Assembly (NCBI GenBank): GCA_964106645.2 | Contig: OZ067040.1 | Length of the DNA: 64,000 nucleotides | Direction: 5' to 3' (one strand) | Source: Podarcis pityusensis | Taxonomy: Eukaryota | Part shown: positions 25,373-38,814 of the stretch, piece by piece | Numbering within the stretch: position 1 is the first letter of the stretch | Layout: each line of letters opens with the position of its first letter | Translations under genes and position numbers: made by a program | The notes under the pieces: generated by a model | Database searches by the model: none | Told to the model about the DNA's origin: nothing | Seen by the model: the letters and a program-made list of their open reading frames with translations, nothing else

Positions 25373-28300
25373 TTGGTTGTACTGTATGTGTTTTCTTTGG
25401 TTGGTGGTTGTAATTGAAAAAATGAATAAAGAAATGCTAAAAAGGTGGGGGTCAGCATTATTTGACCTGTAGAAGATATTAAATGTTGAACTCTCCATAC
25501 TTCCTCCACCAAAATAGTTTTTGTATCATGGCAGGAACTATTAATATTTTAGATGTTAGCATACTTAGCATGGAATACAGAAGATTCACTCAGCATTTCC
25601 AGAAGTATGAAAAAGTAGCTGGTTTTTAAGCAGCAATTCAATCCAAATTAAAGCTAAGAGCCATATCATCTATATAAAATACAAATGTGCCGAAGGAGCA
25701 GAAGTTTGCACCAGAAAAATGTTCTCAAAGTTTCGTTAAAACTTACTTCCCTGAATTGGCAAGAAGAATAACTGATGACATCTAATGAGAATATGTAGAA
25801 TAAGGGAGTTACTGGAGGGAGTCCTAGTCCAAGAAATCAGGGCTGCAATCCTGCCGAGCTGTAGCTTGGGCAAAGTCTGGGAAAGGGTGTAGGGCACAGG
25901 GAAGACATGCAGCCAGCTATGTCTTGGAAGTTTACACTAGTTAATTTATGCCTAGGTATCTCTGTGAAAATAGTGCATCTCTAAAATTTATAATGTGCCG
26001 ATACAAAATGCATCACACCCCAAGCATGCTTTGGGGAGTTTGCTTATACAGTACTCATTTATCAATATAATGTACGGTATTTCTCTCAGCAGTGCTTTGG
26101 GCTACCATTCTACAAAAAGAAATGACTTGTGTAATTGTGGCATATTGTTAAGTATTTCCTAGGGTGGCAGTTTCAGGCAACTATGTTATGTACAGGTTGA
26201 GGAACCAAACTAGAAAAGAGCTCCAAGAAAGACAACCTCACTCACCTCTCACACTGCTTTCGATGCCAAAACTGGGTGTTTAAGGATGTGGCTCCATTAT
26301 ACAGCTTTAAACATGAACAAGCCGTCTGCTTGCATTGCCATTAGTCATACCCTACATGGAAATATATACATTTTTCAACACATATGAAAACTTTATGGAT
26401 TTCCTCAGTATGACTTTTCAGGACTAGTGAAAAGGCTAATGGCCAACTGGCAGCCAGTCATTATTGCTCTTGGCACTTGGCTGGAAGAACAAACCAAAGA
26501 TGAGATCGCAATGGATGTAGGTTTATGAGACAAGAACTCAATTCGCCGTCCAGATTAATATTTTGAATATTGTAATACTGGTGACAATTCTTTCAACATG
26601 TATGCAGCCGATCAGGCATGATGAGTTTTGAAAGCTTTTAAGTCAAGGATTGTTCTGAACTCCCTGTCATGGTCAGGAATTGCCAACTTGCAGTCATCCA
26701 TGTTTCTAGACAAAATGTTATTTAAATACAATAAAATCTGTAATTAATGATGTAAAGGTATTAGAAAGCAGGAGGTCAAAATGGCAAACAGAGGGATACT
26801 CTCTTCTTCTTCAAGGCTCAACAAGATGTTTTAAAAGGGGCAGGGAGATAGATAACAATTAAACACCCATTACCCAAAGATGAGTCTCACTGAACTCAGT
26901 GGGATTTAGTTCAGAGAACACACATATAGCAAGTATTGCAGGGTAAATGCTTGACCTGTTGCAGCTGGCTATGACTAGTGATCGAGCAAAAGACAGACAC
27001 ATCTGCAATAGTGGGCCTATTTGCATCCTCAACAATGCCGTTCCTTAGCAAAGCCTTCCTTCTTTCTGGACAGCAGCAACAGAATGCAAACTAATGACAG
27101 TGCTCTATGTATCTATATTCTTTCAGGGAGGGTGAATAGGAAGAGGAAGCTTTGTAGAGCTTATTTTTAAACTTTTGAGTTATAAGCTCACTCTAAAATT
27201 CAGTTAACTTCCTTGAGAGTTACAGACGTCTGCCTCTATGCAGCTCATTGTCGTTAAATGCAGTTTGAGCAATAACGGTTTTGCCAAGCTTAATGCTTTC
27301 CAGGAAAGAATTAGGTAAAAAGTCTGTGTTTCAATTTGGCTAAACTTTGCAAGCCACTTTAAGATCTCAACACACTGCAGAAGTTGGAAACTTGTAATTG
27401 TTTTACTGAATTCTGTTAAAACCAAACTGAGTGTGTGTTTTAGAGAGCAAGAGAAAACGGGGGAACACTGGGTTGTACCCATTGCTAGTAACACCTCAAA
27501 GTAGACCCATTAAAATTAATAGACACAACTTACTTAGGTAAATGAATTTCAATGGGATTGACTGAGAACTTAGCTGGATGCATCCCAGTGCATCTCAAAT
27601 ACATCTGAATCCAATAACTCATCCAGTGATTACTTAAGAAATCTAGGTCTGCATCTTTGCAACTTGCAAGACCACTCTCAGAAAGAGGACATGATGTGCT
27701 TCAGGGGAAAGCTCAATCAAGCATAGTCAACCTTGTTTTAAAATATTAGCTTCCCCCTCCCGTTAATTTTTCTTTTGGATGTAACAAGAGCAGAACCATC
27801 TGGAACGTAGTTAGAGCTCTGTGATTTGTTTCTTACTTAGTTGTGAGCAAAAATGTTTCAAAATAACTCACACGAAAAAGGAGTTCGGACTGACATGACC
27901 AATATGCTGCAAGGAATCAAAATTTGGAGAAGGGTTATTTTCCCATCACCGGTGGGCTAAGCGTATCAACACTGAACTGGTCTCAGGTTATGTCCTCTTT
28001 AATGGAAAGAAAGAAAAAAGACACAGTGTTTATAGTTTTTATTCATTAACAAAATCAAGAATTTTCCCGCTTGTTTTTAAATCACCTGATTGTATCTTTG
28101 TGAGCTGGCCTCCCAAGTGTGCATGAAAACGTTATTATGACTGCATAAACACATAGTGTTTTATGACTACACTAAGCAATTTCAAAACATAACATCTAAA
28201 CATCATAAAACCAACGGCAATTTGAGAGGTAAATGCATATTGGTGGAATCCCTAGCTGCTGTAGATGTCAGTATTATATTGTTCTGTAGTTTATCCAAGG

Positions 28301-28825
28301 CCTTGTGAAATACTGCTGTCAATTACCGCCCTGAGAAAATACTCTGCTTTTTCAAGGCATAGTAAATGGCTATCCTTCATTTAAACTGGCTTCCTTTACT
28401 ATAGTTTCAGCAACTGCAGCTGGTTTCCCTCCCATTGTGGTAATTTCCCCCACAGTCATTACACACTGGTCACAGTGAAGCACCCTCATCTTGGCTTTCT
28501 AGAGTACTGCAAACACCGACATTACAATCCTTCACTGTGGCTCTTTGCCAGTTTTATATTTAATCCTTCCTCCTCTTGTAGGCTTTAGAGCCTGTCCTTT
28601 TTTCATGCTGAACTCCCGTGTGGCAAGAGTCAAAGGAGAGTAAATTGTGGCGTTGGAGTAGAAGCCTGGCCTAAGGGCCTTTAACTACACTGTTGTGAAA
28701 GTGAAAAGACTGTTGTTTTTTTAATTTAAAAAAAAATCAGAAAAAGGTTGTATGTGTGGCTGGGGCAGTGGAGATAAATAAAGAATAGATTTGTCCCAGG
28801 ATTCCAGACCTGTCAATGCAGTCAT

Positions 28826-29132
28826 AACGGCCTCAGCCCAGGATACCTGAAGGAGCATCTCCACCCCCATCGTTCTGCCCGGACGCTGAGGTCCAGCGCC
28901 GAGGGCCTTCTGGTGGTTCCCTCATTGTGAGAAGCAAAGCTACAGGGAACCAGGCACACCCTCCCATCAGATGTCAAAGAGATAAACAACTACCTGACAT
29001 TTAGAAGACATCTGAAGGCAGCCCTGTTCAGGGAAGTTTTTAATGTGTGACATTTTAATGTATTTTTGATCTTTGTTGGAAGCCACCCAGAGTGGCTGGA
29101 GAAACCCAGCCAGATGGGCGGGGTACAATTTT

Positions 29133-29189
<57 letters not shown>

Positions 29190-29190
29190 T
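28826..29190 (+). mobile_element. L2-clade LINE 3' end with (ATT)n microsatellite
   Basis: Near identity to 470-620 (CACACCCTCCCATCAGATGTCAA...AGGGAAGTTTTTAATGT). Confidence 0.75.
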
Positions 29191-29231
29191 CATTGACAAC
29201 AGCCATTAATATTAACACATATCATCTAGTG

Positions 29232-29410
29232 CAGTGGTTTCCAACCTTTCTTTTGGCCATGCCCCACCTAAGCATCTCTAAAATTCTGATGCACCCCCCC
29301 CATGACATATAATAATTATTATAATTCTTATAAATATCATTTTCAAATTGCCCACCTTAAAAATCAAATTGCCGCCCTGTGGGGAATGTGTCCCACGTTT
29401 GGAACCATGG
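29232..29410. mobile_element. hAT-type MITE
   Basis: CAGTGGTTTCCAACC...GTTTGGAACCATGG termini. Flanks ATCTAGTG/GTCTAGAA are consistent with a decayed 8-bp nTCTAGnn TSD. Confidence 0.6.
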
Positions 29411-30527
29411 GTCTAGAACTACTCCTCACTCTAGACAGAGCTCATGAGAAATGCAAGCTCATCAAACTGCAGGTGATCAAGTTGCAAGTTGCTGGTGTAT
29501 TCCAAAATGACGAACCCCATAAGGCATTATAATTTTAAAGCTAATGTTCCTTGCAGCACAGCATCAAGGAGCAACTCACCAGCTAGGAATATTCTGGGCA
29601 ATTGTAGTCTTTCTTCTTCCAGTCAAAAGGTGTTGCATATAGCTGAAAAGAGCTGTAAAAAAATACTCCCAGACCACTTGGATGTAACTGCATTCTCTTA
29701 AAAGGTTCTCCCAAACAAATACAGTAATCTTAAAATGGGCTGAAAATAATATCAGGTCCCCTCAGACACACACCTGCATTTCCCCACAAGTAGCATACAC
29801 TTATTATGCAAACCTCGAGTAAGCTCTTAACAGTAGTCTCCATATCATTCACATGAAAGATTAATATCCATCCTAAAATTCTCTTAGCATTCTATATTAC
29901 TTCCCCTTTCTAATACGCTACATTATTACTGTAGACGTAATAGCATACAGAGCATGGCCAAGCCTTGTTAAGAAAAACCAGTTGGAAATTACGGCTCCAA
30001 CCTGTCTAGTGCGTGACTAGTCTAATTGCGTGTTTGATTAACATAAATCAACAGTTTACAAGCAATTTGTATTTACATGCACTTCATCTATTGCCCTTCC
30101 TTTATAATTTCAACCAACAAGTGTGTAATTTCTCCTTGGACAATATCAGTTACCGCCAAGAGCCAAAATTACATGGTGCCAGGGACTCCAGAATTCATTT
30201 ATGTTGGAATTCATTTATCTTTGATAATCCTTTCTTGTTCCTAAAATTAAAAGGCACACTCTGGGCCCATTTCTCAAGGGAAACGAAGCCAATGGCAATT
30301 TACCCAAGATGCTAGTAGGAGCAGTTTAGGTGAGGAACCCTGGCCTATTCATTAAGCTTTAGTTCACGCCACGCCCTCATTTGACATTCTAACAGTGGCA
30401 GTGAAATAAGCACTTGCAAGGCTTTGTCAGCAAGCATTTAGTGTTCAAATCTCACCGTGCTAATAATTCATTTTTATTTCTCAGAATGCTACAGACCAAG
30501 CTTTTCAATCTGGATCACTTACTGTCT

Positions 30528-30729
30528 TTGTTGTTGTTGTTTAGTCGTTTAGTTGTGTCCGACTCTTCGTGACCCCATGGACCAGAGCACGCCAGGCACT
30601 CCTGTCTTTCACTGCCTCCCGCAGTTTGGTCAAACTCATGCTGGCAGCTTCGAGAACACTGTCCAACCATTTTGTCCTCTGTTGTCCCCTTCTCCTTCTG
30701 CCTTCAATCTTTCCCAATATCAGGGTCTT
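30528..30729 (-). mobile_element. RTE-BovB LINE short 3' end
   Basis: High identity to 14258-14458, with a (CAA)n tail. Confidence 0.92.
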
Positions 30730-30839
30730 ACATAAAACTAAAACTTACATAAAACTAAAATCCCAGAATAAAGTAAAAAGAGAGAAGGGGGTCCTTGGAA
30801 ACCAAAGCATAAACAATAACAAGACTCGGCACGTTTAAA

Positions 30840-31047
30840 AAAAGGTAATCAAGGTAAATGACACCTGGATGGTTAAGTCCAGTTAGAGGCAACTATGGGG
30901 TGCGGCGCTCATCTCGTTTTCAGGCCGAGGGAGCTGGCGTTTGTCCACAGACAGCTTTCTGGGTCATGTGGCCAGCATAACTAAACCGCTTCTGGCGCAA
31001 CGGGACACCGTGACAAAACCAGAGCACACAGAAACACAGTTTACCTT
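30840..31047 (-). mobile_element. Sauria SINE, 3' half
   Basis: GCGGCGCTCATCTC...GGGTCATGTGGCCAGCAT...GTTTACCTT matches 7745-7856. Confidence 0.85.
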
Positions 31048-31253
31048 TAAAAATAAGTATATATTTCACTCTATGCTATATTGTAGATATAATGAAAGAA
31101 AACCAAACAATATTAATCAAATATCTACCTTCAGTTATTCCTTGATTAATAGTGTTAGTTTTGCCTCTCTGTATCTTCATCAGCATACAATATATGGAGT
31201 ACAATATAGTACCTTATATTCTGGATCTTGTAACTGTTCATGCTTTACATATA

Positions 31254-31428
31254 CAGTCATACCTTGGGTTACAGACGCTTCAGGTTGCGTTTTTTTGGGT
31301 TACGGACCGCTGAAACCCAGAAGTACCGGAATGGGTTACTTCCGGGTTTCAGCGGTCGCGCGTGTGCAGAAGCGCCAAATTGCAAGCCGCGCATGCGCAG
31401 ATGTGCCGCTGCGGGTTGTGAACGTTCA
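31254..31428. mobile_element. Truncated Tc1/mariner-superfamily MITE
   Basis: TA|CAGTCATACCTTGGGTTA matches the right TIR of 2915-3160. Shared AAACCCAGAAGTA core. Other end missing. Confidence 0.75.
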
Positions 31429-33581
31429 TCCCAAGCATCCCTCTATAAAATGGACAAGGACAAAACCTTGCTAACTTTGTGCTATCTTCATCCATTCTCT
31501 ACGTATTGAATGTAATACTTAACATGGTACCAGGGATTTTTTTCAGCTGGAACTCACCAGAACTCAGTTCTGGCACCTCTCAGGTGCGCATCATTGCCAT
31601 TCTAAGAAAATGAGGGAAGTGTTCATGGTGTGTTCCGGCACCTCTTTTTCTATAACTACATGGTACTTACTAGAAACCCATCACATCAACTGCCACCAAA
31701 TGTGCTTTGTAGACACTCAGATCACGAGATGGTAGTGCTCAGACAGAAAATAGGTAGATTGATCAGCGGTTGCTCAGTGGTATTCAAGCCACTGGTCCTT
31801 TAAACGTGGCATTATACAAAGCTACACCATCAGTTCTCTTCAAACCTATCTTGAGACAATCCCACATGCAAGATTATTTTGTAAATAAATCTGGAGTGTG
31901 GTGGAGATTTCTGGGATAAATGCTCTAATTGGTCCTAAAGTGTAAAGGGGGAAATTGCACCTAATTGCACTTGGATGTAATTAAAGCACCACACCACAGG
32001 AACAGCTTTGAGTGGCTGGCTACCCCAAATGAGGGTAGTCACACCCTCGGTGAGTTAGGGACTTACCCTGCATGTAAAGACAGTCTCTGTCAGACTGAGT
32101 GAACGAGACTGGCCCTGTGCGGGTTGGTAGCTGGCTGAAGAACAGAGAGCAAAGGGTAAACTGACAATTCTTACAATAGAGGAAAGCAAGTGGTAGTTTC
32201 CTATCTCCCATCCGTATGGATCTCTATTAGAAAACAGTCTCATGAGGTTATCACAAGAATGAACAAAAAACGGTGCTTTCTGTATTAGAAAGTTTAACAA
32301 TGGAACCAATTCCCGATCTCTGCTGCCGGGCATCTGACTACTATGAATAAATAGTATCTGGAATCATGAGTGAGAAACAGATTGTGCTTCCTTTGTCTAG
32401 AAGCAGGAATGTTGGGGGTAAAAACTGTGAACCTGCAAAGAAGAATGTGGGTTCCCCCTACCCCCCTGCTGCAGGGTGAGCTTCCCAAACATTTGCTTTT
32501 CATTGTCTATGCAATCTGGTTCCAGGCTGAAACCTGACTATCATTCCCTGTCCTTGCACCTTAGGCAGGCTGCTCACTTTGAATTTCATTTTTTATAGTG
32601 CATTATTTTTAAATGGCGTTCCACTTCTCCTTTCATCAGGCTCCAGTGACCAACACAAAAGCCACCAATTAGCACTGTAACACAGCCCTGATTTGAAGAA
32701 GGGAAGTTAGCTGTGTGATTGACAGAAGGTTTAGCAAATCAGTGCTGTGAAAAACTGGCATCTTTTCAGACCAGACAAAAATGGTTCTCCCTATGCCTGT
32801 TTCTGGATGAGAAGATAAATGTGTGGCATTGATGCATTGAGCCCATTTCCAGATAGGTTTAGTGCTAAAGTTTTGTGCATCTAGACACACCCAAATGCAG
32901 CTATTGTGGCACAACTTGTAGCCTCCTGTGATGAAGTTTAGCAAACCAGCAGACATTATGTTCAAATACGTAACTGAAATAAAAGATCAGAAGATATTTC
33001 TTACCACTGAGATTTCATGCGTTACATATCAAATAGAATGAACCTGATTAAAATCAGTTTTTAATAATGTTTCCTTTCATTTGTGAAGTTAAACAGAGTG
33101 ATGGCACATCAATTTGCCAAGGAAAGTTGGTTGTGGGATTAAGAATATGTTGGATGATACCAAACAATTATTTCTAAAGGCTGCATATAACATCTTTCAA
33201 CACAATATAAAAAATCTCCAATAAAATTCCCTTAGTCTATTTTGACAGCTCATCAAGTACTCAATAAGATTGTTCTAAGCCATTATATCCCTGTAAACAT
33301 GCAAACAATTAAACAGCTGAAGATCCTGAAACAATAAGAAAAATGAACTCATATCTAAGAATCAAGTATATAAAATGATGCAATATCATGAATTTTGGCT
33401 GTATAAATTCTTCAAAAGGCCACTTGTAACTCTATATTCATAACATGTAAATATAATTGCAAACATTTATATACCTTTACTACAAATTTGGAATTTAAAG
33501 AACTGACGAAGAAAGGTAGAATTAGGGTCCTCTTCATCATCAATTTAATACACTTTACATTATTTATCCAGTAATATCATG

Positions 33582-33587
33582 TTTATT
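33582..33587 (-). promoter_or_regulatory. Candidate TASP1 polyadenylation signal (AATAAA on - strand)
   Basis: Nearest TTTATT (+) I found downstream of the TASP1 stop, about 760 nt into an AU-rich, repeat-free stretch. ATTAAA (-) also at 33544-33549. Confidence 0.45.
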
Positions 33588-34347
33588 TCTACACCATTCT
33601 CTTAAAAATATATTTAAACCAAAGAATAATATTGACTCTTCCAATAAACTTTGTTCTTATTTACATTCCAATATTCCATTATACACAAAGTAACGACTTC
33701 ATGACTGTACGTTATCTTTACAGAGCCTTTCATAACACATAACAGCTTGAAGTATGCAATACTTAAGCCAAAAAAGTACCATCAACTGAATAGGGAAGAA
33801 CAAAAAGTCAGGCCATAGTCACCTCCAAATTGTTTCACTGAAACCAATCACTGTTTATATATATTATATGCAAAAAGAACATGTTTAAGATACCACTGGA
33901 CCCACTGAAACTATTAAATAATGTAAAGAGCATTTGGTCACTTCTGTATTCCAAGTAGCTCAGAAGCCTCTAGCTTCACAATGTGAAACAACAACATTTG
34001 CTACTACCGCACAATTTTTAACCATTTTCCCTTGGAATTTTAGGGCATTATTTTCTTATAGGCTAACCGATTAACACATAAAAATGTTTCGTAACATTAA
34101 ATTATCCATACATTATTTTCATTTGCACAACTGGGAACAGAGTTTCTATTCCACTGGGAGACAAATTCTCATATACATTCAAACAAAGAATATAAAGCTA
34201 CAGCAGCACTTGTTTCAAGTTAGGGTGCACGTGGTTGCAATAAGGAGTATAAAATGAGAGTAAAATCCTCAACATCTGTTAAAACACCAAGGAGCTTAAT
34301 ATACATAATGGATTTGTGCTCTGCTTGCTGACCAGACAAGGAGCGGT

Positions 34348-34440
34348 TCAGCTTGCTGAGCTCTCCAGTCGACAGACTCCTCCTTCAATGGCCACTGACT
34401 GCCCCGCCACAGCTCCAGGGGGAAGTCTTGAAATGTGGGT
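34348..34440 (-). CDS. TASP1: Taspase 1 last coding exon
   Basis: 93 nt encoding THISRLPPGAVAGQSVAIEGGVCRLESSAS*. TTTGCAG acceptor, TGA stop at 34350-34348. Matches the known TASP1 C-terminus. Confidence 0.97.
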   Translation of the reverse strand, partial: THISRLPPGAVAGQSVAIEGGVCRLESSAS

Positions 34441-34579
34441 CTGCAAAGAAATTGGTGAGAAATCAGGAAACAAGAGAGAAATTGGTGAGACTTCAGGTTG
34501 ATTTAAAAAAGCCACTAAACAAAAGACAAAACAAAAATAGATAACAAAATTATCATTCATTAACATGAAGCCTCAGGAA

Positions 34580-34810
34580 CAGTGGTACCTCAGGTTACAA
34601 ATACTTTGAGCTACAAAAGCTTCGGGTTACGAACTCCACCAACCCGGAAGTAGTTGCTCCGGGTTGCAAACTTTGTCCCAGGCTGAGAACGGAAATCGCG
34701 TGGTGGCAGCGGGAGGCCCCATTAGCGAAAGCGTGCCTCAGGTTAAGAACGGTTTTGGGTTAAGAACGGACCTCCGGAATGAATTAAGTTCGTAACCTGA
34801 GGTACCACTG
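34580..34810. mobile_element. Tc1/mariner-superfamily MITE in the last TASP1 intron
   Basis: Perfect 19-bp TIR CAGTGGTACCTCAGGTTAC/GTAACCTGAGGTACCACTG. TA on the right flank (left flank reads AA). Confidence 0.9.
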
Positions 34811-37800
34811 TAACCAAAAACTAACATGTCCAAGATACGTGATTATTAAATAAGGTACATAAAACTGATTTATGCTTTAGTAAATGCTTAACTTGTATTA
34901 GAAAAATATAATCCTATTTTAACACTCATCATTACAATGGCACAATGTGTGTGTGTGTGTGTGTGTGTGTGTTGTGTGCATACACAGATGTGCACATGCA
35001 CCATGGGAATAAGTTTATTAAATATACTTTAATATGCTAACTGTGCTTTGCTATTTTAGCACAACAGTCAGTCACCCTTTACACTTTTCTTTCATGCTAT
35101 GACACACTTATGTGAAGTACTAAACAACTTGATCCCTCTTCTTGCACACAAACTAGGATGCTTTTGGTTAAAAATCAGCAAACATGAAGGTTCAGGAGGC
35201 GGGATATCAGCAATAGCGCATTACTAATATATACTTTTGCACAAAAGGAATATTTTTTAAAAATGGATGATTCAGCGCTAACGTTTCAAAGGATGTCTTC
35301 CTATGAATGCACTCATGAATGAATCAAGACAGTTTTTTGAGAAGGCTTGTTGTGAGTTCTAAGAGTTGCTGGCATATATCAAACTGTCCACCTAACACTG
35401 TATACAAGTGAAAGCCAGTGTGATGTCAACACCCATTATCCCTAACCATTGGCCATGCTGAATGGGATCCAACATCTAGAGGAGACCATCTTGGTTACCT
35501 CTGGCATAGACCAACCTTTACAACCAGACATTCCACTTAATGTTGGAAAGGAATCTAACAATGTCTCAACACAATGAACATTTGGAGAATATATTACTCA
35601 GTTCCTGGAAAACTGCAGTTTTTTTTTCAGTAGCATTTTTCTGGCTTCCACTGTGCTGAAAACAGGGGACTTGGAGAGAGGTGGAAATATGGGCATAAAA
35701 TACATCAATGGGCTTTAGATTTATGGTCTGCTAATGGGTGACTAAGAAGGAAAGTCACTCCAGATAATCAGAGATCCAAATTATATACCAGGGAAGACGT
35801 CACAGAAATAGGTCTGGATTGATTACTACGTTACACAGGTTTGGCTCTGCCTTCAAGAAAAGTCTGCTGAACTGAGGACAGGTCTGTGCTCAGCAAATAT
35901 TCTCCTCAACAGATCCCTAGCTAGTCACGCAGCCTGCTTCCGGCCAAATTCACACTATGACTATTACATCTGCACTGTTAACGTGGTTAGAGCTGCTGCC
36001 ATGGGCATTGTGTGTATGTGTCTTTTAAGGGACTGAATCGAGTGAAAGATTATGAGTCATGGAGGTATGGAAAGTGCCTGTATGAATTCAACAGTGCTTA
36101 GTTTATTTTTTGGTTGCTATTTTGTTAATGTTGTTTTATAGATTACGAATGCTGTAGTACTTTCTGAATCCTACAATATGACTTTTGTTGTAATTTTTCT
36201 CTCTTTTTTTAATTTTTTAAAATATTGTTTTATAGATTGCTAACTGTTTTACTGATGATTTGTTAACCATTCTGTATGATTTGTGTTGCATTTGTGATGT
36301 TCTATTATGTTATTGTTATTTATTGCTTGTAAGGAGCTTTGTGATTCATGTGAATGAAAAGCGGCATAGAAATAAAATCAATCAATCAATCAAAATCAAT
36401 CAAGTCTAGGACCCAAGTTCAAATTTCCACTCATCCATGAAGCTCAAGGGATGGACATGGGCCAGTCATACACACAGAAAATTGTTGTGAGAATTGGGGG
36501 GAAGCAGTGGGGAGAGAGAAAAGAACAGTGTATGAGCTCCTTGGAAGAAAGTAATATATTATACTAATGTTTTCATTTTATAAAACAAGTTGATAGAATT
36601 GCAAGGGACAGTGTTGAAATGAAAAATCCATTTTGCTTGCTTTAAAGCTTCAATAAAACAAGTCACCAGTATGTCTCAAGGCAGTCACGATCATTTTAAC
36701 AGTATAACTGGGTCACAGGGTGTATTCCAAATCTTGAAATCAAAGGAACACATGTCTCTCTCTCCCCCCCCCCCCCACAAAAGGACATAGGAACCTTTTA
36801 ATTTTTAGACAATGAAGTTTTTCATAAATGAGTATTAGCTAATTTATGGACACCATAAATAGTTTGAAACAATATGTTCATACAGAAAGCAAGCTATAAG
36901 AAAGGAATACTGCATGAACACATTACACAGTGGTACATGCATATTTCAGCAGTTCTGCTGCCATATGGCAGAAATGCATACCCCCATTATGTACATTCAC
37001 TTAGGTTTGTTTACTACACATAGGCACTGGGCTTCAGTTATGTATTTCTAGCACAAGAACAAAACATTCTTGTATAAACTAATGCCAGTATGTTGCTGAG
37101 AGCTGGCACAGAGTTCTCAGAATAGAGAATAGATTAGAGTTCAGAAATGAATCACATTGACATATTTCACAAAGCACATAAAAATACAAAAAAATAAGGA
37201 TGATTTTTTTTTATTAAAAAAAGCATCTTAAGAAGTCCACTGAGGAAAATGCACATATATGAACTTTAAGGCTTGCATTTGAAGAAGCTTAAGCTATCAC
37301 AGTGAAAAGAATGGGATTACTAACAGTTGTGAAAAGTATGATTTTGCCCAGTTAGCATTCTCAAACCTAAGCAGGAATAACGGTTGTATCCCATTTGCAC
37401 ACAGACACCTGCTTGCGCAACACACTCACAGTCCCTCTCCTCCTTGCACAGCCAGAGAAAGGGGTATTAAATGCAGTATTAAATGATATCCCAGCCTCCA
37501 CCCGTTTAACCGCCATGTGTACATACAGTGGCTTCAGCCCTTAATACACTTGATGGCAGCCATCAAGGGAAGGGAACCAGGAGGCGATGCAAGGCTTCAT
37601 TCTGAAAACTGGCAATTACTATCTGCTGAGAGGTGGCAACAAAACACTACTGGGGCCCTGACAGATGTGGGAATTCCACCCACATCTGGCTTCTGAATGC
37701 ATACTACAGCTGCTCATTGAATTGGTCAATGATATCAAATACTTGATTTGCAAAATCCTTTTGGAGGGTGGGCGGGGGTCGTCACACCAACATCCATTGA

Positions 37801-38814
37801 AAAAACTGCAGCATGCAGATTTTTGTTTATGAGTTTGGCTTTTATTTTTCTTTGGACCAAAATTTAAATCTACCATTATTAGAAAATGGGGGGGGGGGAG
37901 AGATGTACATTTGGCAATAAAATATAGAAGCCAGGCCTAGGGGATGATTCAGGCTTCACGGCACAAATTCAAAGTGTAAGGAATAGGTTTAAAATTGGTA
38001 GTTGGATTTGGAGTGTCTTCACTGACTGAGTATTCAAAATTTAGACTTCATACTAGACTGACTAAAAACATAAATCACCTGAGTCTTGATTATATTCCAA
38101 CTCTGACTGTATCAAAATTTCAGAGTCCTAACATCTCTGGAGAACATGCATTTACAAAAGTGTTACTTGGATACCAGCCAATTAGCTACAGGTGGCAGGT
38201 GTTGCTATGTCAAGAAGCTGTTCTATTCCACAGCATGATAAAATTACTGTCTCTTTTCAGAACACTTGCTTTGCATATTAAAAAAAGAAATACCTCAAAC
38301 CCATGGCTTCTGATGTTTTTAGATTTTCAACAAGCACCAAGGTATTTTTTGAGGAGGGAGAAGGAAAAGGGCACCAGTACCAGTTCGACTCTTCTCATAC
38401 TCATACTTTAGGGTCACTGTAAGCCCAAACCACACCACTGCTAGGTTGGCAGAGTCGTGGTAATCATAAGATGCTAAAAAAACCCTAAAGGGGCCAATTC
38501 ATTTTCCCTCCCGAACTCTCCCCCCATACAGCCCTATAATAACTTAGTAGCCTGGAATACTGAGTAAGAGATTTTAAAAACTGATAACTGGGTGGGAAGG
38601 AGAGAGCGAGAGTATAGTGCTGGAAGAGGAAGATGGATATATTTAATATCTACATTGATGTCGATGGAGAGCTCTCTCCCCTCTCTGGGGAATAAAAACT
38701 AAAATAAAAGTCTTGTTGATGACAACCAGGAAATGATAGCTATATGCCGTCTATATAAAAATGGAAGAGAAAGAACCACCTCAGTCTGCTTCACACAGAA
38801 TATATATATTCAAG

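Noticed and set aside
30941-31474. 177-aa ORF, the longest without a gene call
   Set aside because: It runs through a Sauria SINE fragment, AT-rich spacer and a MITE, starts at a non-ATG codon and has no recognisable domain.
1357-34347. Additional protein-coding gene or novel multi-gene system between ISM1 and TASP1
   Set aside because: All ORFs are short, lack recognisable domains or map to repeats, and I found no chain of spliced exons. Small exons or lncRNAs cannot be excluded by eye.
34441-34566. Upstream part of the 72-aa ORF containing the TASP1 C-terminus
   Set aside because: It is intron sequence before the TTTGCAG acceptor; no TASP1 similarity.
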